Source of the DNA: Basidiobolus meristosporus CBS 931.73
Taxonomy: Eukaryota; Fungi; Basidiobolomycota
Assembly: GCA_002104905.1 (NCBI GenBank)
Contig: MCFE01000041.1
Coordinates: forward strand, 1-64,000
Direction of reading: 5' to 3'
DNA length: 64,000 nt
Part shown: one piece after another, positions 13,595 through 23,727 of the stretch
Position numbering within the stretch: the stretch's first letter is position 1
Layout: each line of letters starts with the position of its first letter
Position numbers and translations under genes: made by a program
The notes under the pieces: model-generated
Databases searched by the model: none
What the model was told of the DNA's origin: nothing
The model's input: only the letters and a program-made list of their open reading frames with translations

Positions 13595-14275
13595 GAATTT
13601 TTGCCCACACTTTCTGACCTCCCCTCTCGCCTACTGGGCTTGACAAAGTTGACACAGGATCCCTCAACACAGCTCGACGTAACGTTTAACCTAACAATCC
13701 GCGAGCCATCGAAATCTCGAATACCCCCATAATTTCGATATTTATCACCTAATCCTAATCGCAACGATACTTCCGGCATTCAGTAACCACCATTATCTTT
13801 CCCTTTCAAATTCTCTTGAAACCCATGACATCTCACTGGATATGATTGGATTTAAATAAACCCTCGATTGTAGCCGGGAAGTTTGTTGCCCAGGTTACAG
13901 CTTACCCGATCCATGACTGTGTTTGCAATGCCAAGGCATCACCCATGTTTGCAACAAAAGCTTAGTCACTAGGCGATCAATGTGGCCATTGGCCTCATCG
14001 AGGAGCGAAGTTCATGCGAGCGGATCAAAGAGAATATTCCTACTTCACTGGATTTACGTCACTTCCAGATTGAAACGCTGAATTGGTCGAGAGCTGTGGC
14101 TGGGACGCAATCGTGGTCAGTGATTTGTTTACCTTGCTCGTTGCGTCGTACGAGCAGACGCGCCTGACGGACGTCAAACGAGGCTATGGAGGTATATAAA
14201 CCCATCAGTTCGGGGTGAATGAATCAAACAATACCCACTAAACAACCTTCCTAACCTCTAAATCTAAATTCTAAC

Positions 14276-15283
14276 ATGCATCTCTTAAAAGTACTTGCCA
14301 TCACTTCTCTGTTCCTTGCTGCCCCGTCTCTGTCGCAGAACATCTCCCATGATGGTTCGTGCGGAAATGGGGTCCAGTGTCCTGAAGGGCAATGCTGTTC
14401 CAAATGGGGCTACTGTGGCACTACCTCTGATTACTGTAATGGTGGTGGAGAAAACGGTAACGATGGCCATGATAACGGCAATGGCGATGGCAGCGGTGAA
14501 GATACGAACGGCCCTACAACCACCACCATTGTTGTTGAGACTGCCACCCCCAGTCCTGAGGATAATCAGCCACCAGCTAACTCGGGTGACACCGTTGCAA
14601 GTCACACCGCCGCTGGTGAACCAACTAGCACTGTTAACCCGGGTGAGGTAGTCCCGCCTTTGGTTCCTGGAGGTGAGCATCCTCCAGGCACCGATCATCC
14701 GGTGACTGCAAATCCAGCACCTACCGAGCACCCCTCTGATCACAACCCAGAGGCAACTCCCCACCCATCTGATCATAACCCGGAGGCATCCCCCCACCCA
14801 TCTGATCACAACCCAGAAGCTTCGGCCCAACCAGACGATCATAGCCCCGAGGCTACCCCCCAGCCATCAGATCATAACCCGGAGGCTACCCCCCAGCCAT
14901 CAGATCATAACCCGGAGGCTACCCCTCAGCCATCAGATCATAACCCGGAGGCTACCCCTCAGCCATCAGATCATAACTCGGGGGTTACCCCTCAGCCATC
15001 CGGTCAGAACCCAGAAGCTACTCCTCAGCCATCCGGTCAGAACCCAGAAGTTACCCCTCAACCATCTGATCAGAGTCCCCAGCCAACAGCCCAACCCATT
15101 AACCCTAATCCAAACGATGAAAATGCTAATGCTGGGCAGCCAGGAAATCCACAGACACCAGTAGATTCCTCGCAACCACAAGCTACTCAAGCCAGCAGCA
15201 ATGAACACAATGCCGGAAATTCGAACTCGTTCAGCACAGCTACGATTGCCGGGCTCCTTCTAATCGTCCCGTTCTTGTTTTAG
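14276..15283 (+). CDS. Secreted, probably GPI-anchored chitin-binding protein (CBM18/hevein domain + Pro/His-rich repeat stalk)
   Basis: Signal peptide MHLLKVLAITSLFLAAPSLS; DGSCGNGVQCPEGQCCSKWGYCGTTSDYC hevein motif; 11-aa repeats; hydrophobic C-terminal TIAGLLLIVPFLF; intronless. Confidence 0.88.
   Translation: MHLLKVLAITSLFLAAPSLSQNISHDGSCGNGVQCPEGQCCSKWGYCGTTSDYCNGGGENGNDGHDNGNGDGSGEDTNGPTTTTIVVETATPSPEDNQPPANSGDTVASHTAAGEPTSTVNPGEVVPPLVPGGEHPPGTDHPVTANPAPTEHPSDHNPEATPHPSDHNPEASPHPSDHNPEASAQPDDHSPEATPQPSDHNPEATPQPSDHNPEATPQPSDHNPEATPQPSDHNSGVTPQPSGQNPEATPQPSGQNPEVTPQPSDQSPQPTAQPINPNPNDENANAGQPGNPQTPVDSSQPQATQASSNEHNAGNSNSFSTATIAGLLLIVPFLF
14726..15088 (+). repeat. Coding minisatellite, 11 x 33 bp (PQPSDHNPEAT-type)
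   Basis: Units in exact 33-bp register from 14726 to 15088; the central units are near-identical and the terminal units diverge. Confidence 0.95.
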
Positions 15284-15541
15284 ACAGTGATTTAACTAGA
15301 GTGACCATCCGTTAACCACCAGTTCAAGGTCCGAACTCTTGTGCTCATACAATTAAAAATGGCGAAGTGTCCTCTGTTGACATCATACACTTTGTTGCAT
15401 TATTTTTTGTTTTTAAAAAACAATAAATTATCAATATCATTTCTCCTTTCGTTTAAAAAGTAAATATGCCAAAACAAGCGCCGAACGGCGCCAACGAACA
15501 TTTGAATCTTATAGATTAAGCCAACCTGATGAAGATGTTTA

Positions 15542-16214
15542 ATGGATCTTGGTAGCGTTCAAGACGTTTTTTCTTCCAACTTTATTCAAGGGAGACCTTT
15601 AACAAACTTCATTCTGGCTATTCTTTGGAGCATTGGGCTACCAATTTTACTCTGCCATTTATTAAGGCCCAGATTGGATCAAGTGGTTACTATGGTCTTT
15701 GCCTCTAAATTTGCGTGAGATTCAGATTATTGCAACCTTCCCCCCATACAAAATAGTCATTTACATTTAATTCTCAGAAGAATGGTGAAAACTAGAACTT
15801 TGGACGTTTTGGGTCTCTTGGCGGGAGTTAGTCTTCTGATAACTGGCATTATTGTGAGTATCTATAATACCCGTTGACGAAAACACGCACTAATTTTTTT
15901 AATTACAGTCAAATGCTCAACTTTCTGCTCAAGTTTCATCGATTTGTGAGTCTATTGCTCCACTTGTAGTAGGCGGGTTTTGTATGCTACCTCTATTTCC
16001 CATCAAAGTGCGCTCTTTCGACCTGAGACCTTTGGTTTTCTAAATCACCAACCAAATTATGCCTCGAACAGAAATCGATTCGGAACTAAACACCCAAGAT
16101 GGGCAACACTCTCAGCAAGCGCCTTCCGTGGATAAACATCAAACCTTGAATTGGCTGTACACAAAGATTATGAAGAAGCATGTTCTCTCACAGCTGAGCT
16201 TATCCGCCCAATAA
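15542..16214 (+). pseudogene. Degenerate small multi-TM membrane protein gene (resembles VC0807-like membrane proteins of early-diverging fungi)
   Basis: GT-AG introns 15715-15777 and 15854-15908 give ...FILAILWSIGLPILLCHLLRP..RTLDVLGLLAGVSLLITGII..LFPIKVRSFDLRPLVF*ITNQIMPR, with an in-frame TAA at 16041-16043. Family call from memory only. Confidence 0.5.
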
Positions 16215-16219
16215 TTTCT

Positions 16220-17330
16220 TTACTCGCTCCATTCATTGTTTTTATGGATTATCTCTGCCCCATTACTGAGATCCCCTTCTTCCCCATTTCCTCTCTTTTC
16301 AACCTTGTCATTAATCCAGTATAACCGTAACAGATTCCCGGGCTTGACCAAGCTTTCTTCTTCAGCAGTTTTTTCTTCAAGTGTGAGCGAAACAAACTCA
16401 AGATAAGGTATAGCCACCGATGGATCTGGATAGGTGGGCGTTCTATTATTTTGTGGACGACAATTTCGAGGGTTGCTATTTGTTCCTCTCTGACCTCGAA
16501 AGTTTGGGTTTAATTCCTGCTAATCTTGCATCATACCTGGAAGTAACTGACTATGAGGAAGCTTTTGGATCCGGCTTAGAATTTTGTTTGAAATCAAGCC
16601 AGCGATATGGAGATCTACCGGTATTTTTTTTTCACAATAAGCTGGCATTGTTCTTTCATAAACCCTTAACAAACGTTTTTTGGCTTGTTTTTTTATGATA
16701 TTGCTCAACTCGTTCATAATCACATCTGTCAATTTGTATGTAGATATGATTTCTTTCTGAGCTATCATATCTTTTAAAGACCCCATATGTAATACCAAAC
16801 CCTGCACTGACTGGGATGCCATTTAACACATCAACCGTGAGGTCTTATTTATATCTGCTAGAATCATTCAGAACCGGACACTGTTTGAAGCAACAACAAT
16901 AGGACTATAAGATAAAACAATACAAAAGCCAAAAAACATACCTTCACCGGTATGTTTGATATGTGAACTACATTCATATTGTGATAAAGCTGAGACAAAT
17001 GGCTCATAGCAACTTGGAAGTCATTCTTCCCGTTGGAAATATAATGAAATGTCATCGTGATATGAGAATCAACTTTCTCGAAAAGCATTTTGGCTGGCGT
17101 GGAATGTTTTGATATGGTGTACAAAGAAAGCCTTAAAATGTCTGCTTTTAATTTTTATCCTTGTGGCTCACCTAATGAGATGACAGTACACCAGGATGGA
17201 GGCATTTGCCTGATGCCAAGAAAGTAAAGTTTGATGAGTCTCCTAGATGGGTGAGGTCCAAATACAATCAATTTGGCCCACTGGCAGCTGATTTGATGGA
17301 CAATCTTTTGGCATGGATCCAAACGTTTGA
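16220..17330 (-). pseudogene. Unidentified decayed intron-containing gene
   Basis: Two canonical introns (GTGAGC..TTTTAAG near 17110-17172; GTATGT..AAACAG near 16885-16940) join frames IDCIWTSPI*ETHQ..ILVYCHLIRLSLYTI..HLSQLYHNMNVVHISNIPVK-CPVLNDSSRYK*DLTVDVLNGIPVSAGFG. Several in-frame stops. Confidence 0.4.
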
Positions 17331-18011
17331 TCGCACTGGAATATGATAATTTTCACACTACTTCATTATCTGCAGAACCTACAGAACAAGTTGTTATGTT
17401 ACTGTAATTGTAACCTTGCTAAACCTTGATTAGTTTACGCAGATACAAAGCCTCTCATGAGTACAATAGATGCAGGATTACACAGCGCCGTCCTAACTAA
17501 TGTTGTTCTTTTGTTTTTTATAAACAGAAGCTCATGATGACAGACAATGTAAAATTCATCTACTACATATTTGAAAAAAAAAGTACATTTAATTTTTTAG
17601 CCAACAAATTTGATTCCACAGATTTCAAAGACCTTTCACTTTAACAATACAGCATGTAAAGTTGCAAGAAATAACTGAGTTTTAGGATCAACCCGCTTTG
17701 ACAACAAAGACACAATTGAGGCTGCACTCAATGCCACTTCTTGTTGTTTTTGTGAACCAAATTTTCAAAGTTTACTCTTGCTATTTGTTGAAATACTTTT
17801 GGAAAGACTTGTCATCTCCTTTTTTCTTATGCTGCTGAGTTAAGCGCATCCATTCTTAAAATACCCAAAACTTGAATTATATTTAAATTCGAGATTTCTC
17901 CACGTTATTTGTGTACTAATAATATTACAAAGACAGAGCAAAAGAACAAATTGGATTTTTGATTTTTTTATGCATTTATCAGTGAAAGTATACTTTTTAC
18001 GTAGACGACTT

Positions 18012-19055
18012 CTAGTCTACATTGATAACAATTTTGCCAATGTGAGACTGTCCTTCCAAAAGAGAAAAGGCCTCATGTACATTTTCTTCAGTGAAACTGA
18101 ACTCCTTCTCAACTGGCATGTGGAGCTTCTTAGCATGTACAAACTGGACCAGCTCCTCAAAGAGCTGCTTGTTGCCGACTGCAATACCTCTTGCTGTGGC
18201 CATCTTGTCCATAAGGGGAACAACAACATCAAAGTATTCCTTGGGCTCGGAAAGGAAACCAATCAGAGCAATATTGCCACCTCTCTTGACAGATGCAATA
18301 GATTTTAGGAGAGTACCACTCCCGCCGTTCTCGATAATATAGTCCACACCTTGACCGCTAGTTAATTTCAACACTTCCTTCTCCCAGTCAGGATGGTCTC
18401 TGTAGTTGATAGTATGATCAGCACCGAACTTCTCCTTAACATACTTCAGCTTCTCGTCAGAAGAAGACGTGATGATGGTAGTAGCACCGGCAGCGCGGGC
18501 AAGAATCAGGGTTGTGATGGAGACACCACCAGTGCCCAGAAGCAATACACTTTGACCAGCAGTGAAGCGTGCGCCGCCATATAGAGCATTCCAGGCAGTG
18601 ACTCCGGTGCAGACCATGGCGGCAGCCTCACCCCATGAGAGGTGAGTGTCCGAGGGAAGCTTGATGACACCGTCCTCAAGTGACGTCTTGTATTGCTGAA
18701 GAACACCATCTACAGGAGAACCAAGACCATTATTCCAGTCCTTTTGTACACCGTACAAAGCAGTAGGATCAAAAGTAAAGACAACACGATCACCAACTTT
18801 AATATTGCGGACAGCTGAGCCAATCTTGACCACCTCACCAGCACCGTCGGAACAGGGAACAACATGGTCCTTGATACCAAAAGGATATTTGCCGTTGGAG
18901 ACTATCAGATCGCGATAGTTCAGAGAAACGGCTTTGATTTTGACCAGTATCTCATGCTTGCTTACTTCAGGAATAGGCTCCTCGAATGGCTTGATATCAG
19001 TATAGTTCTTGCCTTCAGTGGATCGGAAGACGATTTGTTTGTTGTTGTCACTCAT
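18012..19055 (-). CDS. Medium-chain dehydrogenase/reductase (zinc-type ADH-like / quinone oxidoreductase, MDR7-like), intronless
   Basis: 347-aa ORF with VKIKAVSLNYRD, VPCSDGAGEVV, CTGVTAWNAL, GTGGVS, QGVDYIIENGGSGTL and HIGKIVI motifs. Confidence 0.92.
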   Translation of the reverse strand: MSDNNKQIVFRSTEGKNYTDIKPFEEPIPEVSKHEILVKIKAVSLNYRDLIVSNGKYPFGIKDHVVPCSDGAGEVVKIGSAVRNIKVGDRVVFTFDPTALYGVQKDWNNGLGSPVDGVLQQYKTSLEDGVIKLPSDTHLSWGEAAAMVCTGVTAWNALYGGARFTAGQSVLLLGTGGVSITTLILARAAGATTIITSSSDEKLKYVKEKFGADHTINYRDHPDWEKEVLKLTSGQGVDYIIENGGSGTLLKSIASVKRGGNIALIGFLSEPKEYFDVVVPLMDKMATARGIAVGNKQLFEELVQFVHAKKLHMPVEKEFSFTEENVHEAFSLLEGQSHIGKIVINVD

Positions 19056-19654
19056 ATTTTAGCAGTAACTATTGCAGTGATAGTGTGAAGATAATGAGTA
19101 TGGGCATACATGTGCTTTTATATACTTTATTCTTCGGGTGACGTTGTTCGAATGATTTGTCAGCAAACGACAGATATAAAACCGAAATGGCATTCACAGT
19201 AGTAAATATCTTGGATCTCCCAGGCGCCAATAGAATGTTGGGAGGATCCAAATTTTGTCGGCGACTTAATGCCTCAAGGCAGATTACTAATCAATCAGAA
19301 AACAAAAGTATGATATACATTGCGTTCAAGATAATATGTAGGATGTTTGGGTAGTTGGGGGAGGGGTCTCAAGCAAACTCTTAGGGTCTGGCCAGATTTT
19401 TCAGTGTTCAAGGAAAAAACTTTTTTGACATGATAAAACGAAAAAGCTGCATTAAGAAGCCCTTTAGAAAATTTAGTAAAGATTAATCTGTTTGAGAAAG
19501 CGACCAAAACCATTCCAGCAAAGCTGCTGGGCTTAACTCAATGTATTAGCATAATTGCAGCTAAGCTACTGGAGATACTGTTACGATTTGATAATATATT
19601 TAGTTTCACACACATGCACATACACAAAAAGAAAAGAATACAAAAATAAATTAG

Positions 19655-20140
19655 CCACTTTCCAGTCCACGAAATATGGGCGTATTCATCTGGTTCAATA
19701 TTCAACAGAAAATTTCCACCCTTTGATATTGTCAATACAAGCTTTTGTAATAAGAGCCTTACTGGTAAGTATTGACTTGATCTTGTTTGGCGATTGTATC
19801 CAAATGAATGTGGATCAACGCCATGCGTGGACTCCCAGAGCCTAGTATATGTATATACAAAAAAACAATAGAAAACTCCGTGATGAGTCCAAGTTTTTTC
19901 AAACAATAACTATATAACACGCATGTTAGTTGAGTAGAAGATGAGGGAGGGGAGAGAAAGGCACACATACACTGACCTTTCAGGCAGACAGAGCATTCCT
20001 TGGTATTCGACTATTGAAAAATCTGACACTCCATTCCCACAATGATCGCCTATTGCGGCCTGTCTACCCGTCTTTCTTGCAACATTTAGAAATTCAGCTT
20101 GCCAAGCTGTTGAGTTATTGTGACAGGATGGCCATATCCG
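19655..20140 (-). pseudogene. Alpha-L-fucosidase (GH29) relic
   Basis: Removing intron 19832-19976 gives HNNSTAWQAEFLNVARKTGRQAAIGDHCGNGVSDFSIVEY..PERLWESTHGVDPHSFGYNRQ..KLVLTISKGGNFLLNIEPDE. A deletion follows the NFLLNI motif and no intact start or end is visible. May extend 5' to about 20580 (DWIDM.. segment). Confidence 0.65.
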
Positions 20141-20610
20141 CCGTTACTATATGCCCAGGCGCTAGACTCTTCGGTTGGCCTCTGCACTTAGTCTTGGAGA
20201 CTACCATACAAAACCATATTGATATGTTGGATCCAACTTTAGCTCCCATTTTGGATTCTCACTGTCATCATCTGATACCTTCTTTCATGACCAAACATCG
20301 ATCTCTCTGTTGTTTCTTCTTCTCCTTGTCTTCCCTCATATCATCGTGTTGTGCTCTTGTCACAGACCACTTTGATCCTGTTATTCTCAGGTTGGCTGAG
20401 ATGGTAAACACGTGTAAAGCTGGCTAGAAAGAACCAATCGAATGTGTCCTGGGCAAAATAAGATAAGCTGCAGGTTTACTGGTGTTGATAAAGATGGGCA
20501 CGGACAAAAGCGAGGCGTCCGTCATAACCGTGCTGAGCGTACAGGCATATCAATCCAGTCTTTCAATCTGAATGGCATGGGTCACTTCCCAATTGGGTAG
20601 GCTCAATGTG

Positions 20611-20635
20611 GTGTGTGTGTGTGTGTGTGTGTGTG
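20611..20635. repeat. (GT)12 microsatellite
   Basis: Perfect GT dinucleotide run. Confidence 0.95.
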
Positions 20636-21014
20636 CCATCCTCATAGACAACAACAATAACAGAATTTGCAATCGGCCCGTGATTGACAGACTACGCGCC
20701 CATGTTATTTGAATACGCTTCAAGAGATATAATTTCGTATTCTTCTATTATTATTAGAATAGTATGATAACATGGAAAACCCCAAAGCAGCAATAGAGCG
20801 ATAGCATGCTATAGGGGGAGGAGGCAAAAAGAAAGAAATAACGACAGCAAAAAAGAGGCCTCTTGGATTTCGTTTTATTTTGGGATCGTATCACATAAAT
20901 TGGATCATAGAATGCATCCCAGGACAAAATATACATACAGAGATTACATTTGTCAAGTCAATTTATTTGATTTGAGAGTAGAAAGCTCTACACCCTCTTC
21001 TGAATCTCCCACTT

Positions 21015-21362
21015 TTAAATATGATGGAATGTTGCCTGCAACAGCCAGTTTGATTTTGAAAGGGCCAATGCTGGCAACGAAAGGGCTATGTAAGAGGGTA
21101 GACGAAGGGCTAAGTGAGCTGCTTGATTTTGAAGCTCTGTTTCTTTTTTGTAAAGAATCTTGTCGCATACATTCTTGACGGCCATTTGAAAGGCAGCAAT
21201 ATAAGTGTCAACCATGTGGTTTTCAAGGCATGTTTTGGAAATCATGACTTCTTCTGATAACATGGTCAAGGATTTATAGAGTGTGAAGGTTGCTTCTTCT
21301 ACGGGAGGTATCTCATGTTTGGGTTGAGGAGCAGGCCATACAGGCTCGGACCGTGTAGACAT
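21015..21362 (-). CDS. Hypothetical protein or fragment of a decayed gene
   Basis: 115-aa ATG ORF with protein-like composition (PKHEIPPVEEATFTLYKSL..AFQMAVKNVCDKILYKKETELQ); no family recognised. Confidence 0.25.
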   Translation of the reverse strand: MSTRSEPVWPAPQPKHEIPPVEEATFTLYKSLTMLSEEVMISKTCLENHMVDTYIAAFQMAVKNVCDKILYKKETELQNQAAHLALRLPSYIALSLPALALSKSNWLLQATFHHI

Positions 21363-21634
21363 TGTTCGAGCTTTGTCTTGTTTGGTGGTCTGTGATGATG
21401 TTGCAGGTATTTACCGGGTATTTTCATGTCTTGAACAGGTAATTTAGATAAAACTTTGGTGATGTACGGTTCCTGGAACATACAAAGGTGGGTATCTTGA
21501 TTCTTTACTGCGACGTGTTTGAATAATATCAAAACATTCCTTGCTCGTATTAGAGTTGGTACTGATTTTGTTTGAGCCACCCAGACCCTCTACTGAAATA
21601 AGAGATTTCATGGTCGGTTATTTAGCGCAAGAGG

Positions 21635-21899
21635 CTAAATTCCTCATCGGGATTTACTTGGAATATTTTCACCAAAACATCAGGTACTCAGAACATAAGA
21701 AATCTCAAAGTTGTCCAAACAGCCCTAAACTTTGCATATATGCTTTTGGGACCTTTCAATACATACTCTGCGTGTTTGCTTTACCAAGACCAACTAAAGT
21801 ACAAATACTACTTTTACATTCAATAAACCATCAAGTGAAAACCTCATAATCTACTTATTCTCCCAACCACTTCCAACATCTCCAAAGCTGTTACAACAT
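21635..21899 (-). mobile_element. Inverted, internally deleted copy of the repeat at 734-1155 (non-autonomous interspersed element)
   Basis: 21635-21780 matches the reverse complement of about 1005-1155 (GAATATTTTCACCAAAA..GTTGTCCAAACAGCCC.AAACTTTGCA). 21782-21899 matches the reverse complement of about 734-850 (CATTCAATAAA..GTGAAAACC.CATAAT..CACTTCCAA.ATCTCCAA). Confidence 0.8.
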
Positions 21900-22479
21900 T
21901 CATCACATAGCTTATATCATGGTTGTGTTAGTCAATACTCAAACAGCTATTTGATGGGAAAGACCTTGAGATAATGGAAGTCATTGTGAGAATAACAGTT
22001 TATGGTTTCTTGCATAATGACCAATTGAATATAAAGTTGGCACTTCTACTTTGACATAGTCTTGGAAGAGCAAACATATTGAAAGAAAAATTCTAAAATT
22101 CCATGCTTTATGGCAAAATGAGTATTAATATAATGATAAAAACAACTTCACAGTTATATCATACAAAATACTCCTACTCTTGCAAGATAGTAGATAATAA
22201 AGTCATATGCTGGAATTCTTATCTAACTGTGATAAAGGATATTTAACAAGCTTCATATTGCCAGAAAAAAATGTTAACCAAGGGTTAGAAAGCTATATGA
22301 GTAAATTTTTGTTATAGCTAGCTAAAAACAGCTTCCACCAACTTGTAATAGCTATTACACTGCAAAAGTATCTAAGTATATTTTTTCAAATGTTTTTATA
22401 AACTAAACCTGTACTAGGCATTTTGAGTTCACAACAACTGATTATCATGCAAATCTTCTAGTTTTCCAAGTCACTTCCA

Positions 22480-23290
22480 ATACCCCATAGATTCTTGCAA
22501 CAGAAACAACAGTAGAGCTCCCAGATATCCTCAGGTTGTATGAAAAGAGCTGTATTATCTACACCTGAGTGATCCACACCATATTCATCACCACCAGTGG
22601 TACTAATCTCCATTCTCAAGAGACACTTCATAGATGCTGCATGTTTAAGATATTTGAGACAGGTTTCAATGTTTTCTTTCTTGGCCTGCTTGGAAAGATA
22701 CACTGTGTGAGAAGAAAAGAGGGGCTCACTGTGGGTCTTGAGTACTCTTTGTTGGCTGACAGCATATTATCCCATCAAGATAGTAGCTTCTTGATGGCAA
22801 GAGTGGACAAGAACAGAAATACCATAGGTCTTGGCAATAAAATGTATGTAGTGGGCACTGGAAATACCATCAAGGATAGAGGCTTCTTGGTCCTTATTAT
22901 CAATGCCTTTATCAGCAACAAAAACATCAGCACCACTCAAGAATTGAATATTGATAGGAGATTGGTTCTTCTTGGTAGCTTCAAGAGCTGCATTCACAGT
23001 GCTATAATAAGGTTTATGCGTACAAAAAGGTTAGTTTTAAGTTTTAAGAAAAACAAATTGAAACACACGCTTTACTTGATTCCTTGGACATTTTATCTTG
23101 TAGAGTACAGTTAATAGCAGGGATAGCAAAACGTGCTTGTGTGCTAAAATAAGGCTATAATATTACCATTACTACAATTATTAGAGAAGTAAGTAAAAGT
23201 ACAATAAAGAATCTGATAAGTAAACTTGCCATAGTCGAAAGCCTTCTTGACATCATCACCAGTAATAACAACAGAGTAAATTCCACTGCG
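22480..23290 (-). pseudogene. FBA1: Class II fructose-bisphosphate aldolase pseudogene (5' portion, introns retained)
   Basis: Fragments VITGDDVKKAFDYGK / FAIPAINCT / TVNAALEATKKNQSPI..DKGIDNKDQEASI..AHYIHFIAKTYGISVLVHS / EPLFSSH..KENIETCLKYLK..MEISTTGGDEYGVDHSGVDNTALFIQPEDIWELY. Frameshifted and truncated; no CpG from 21773 to 23018. Confidence 0.88.
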
Positions 23291-23727
23291 TGGAGGGTGT
23301 AATAAACTCTGAATTCCATCATTCCAATGTGGACTGCAATGTAAACCTTATTAATGGAATGCTGATAAATAGATGCGGGGTTACATTGGATCTGGGATCA
23401 ACCCTGATCGGTATAAGTAGTCATGGCAATGCTGACTGTGGCGCGTTCTTCGTATCAGATCTACTTTTTCCTTGGGACGGCCTAAGAAATTCCTCTTCAC
23501 AAAGAAGGATTGCGGTAGTATCCCTAAGGATCATTTTCTTCTGAGTAGCCAAGTGTTCTTTTGTTCGTGATAAATATCCTGGTCTACCTTATGCCGTTTA
23601 GCTAGCCCATTATTCGACTACAAAGTACACCTACCTTCTTAGTGCATCTCTTAATCTTCACCGGGTTACTCCTGAACTAATCCTTAACCGACCAAGTGTT
23701 GCAGCAAGTGTTTCTCTGTAACTTGAA

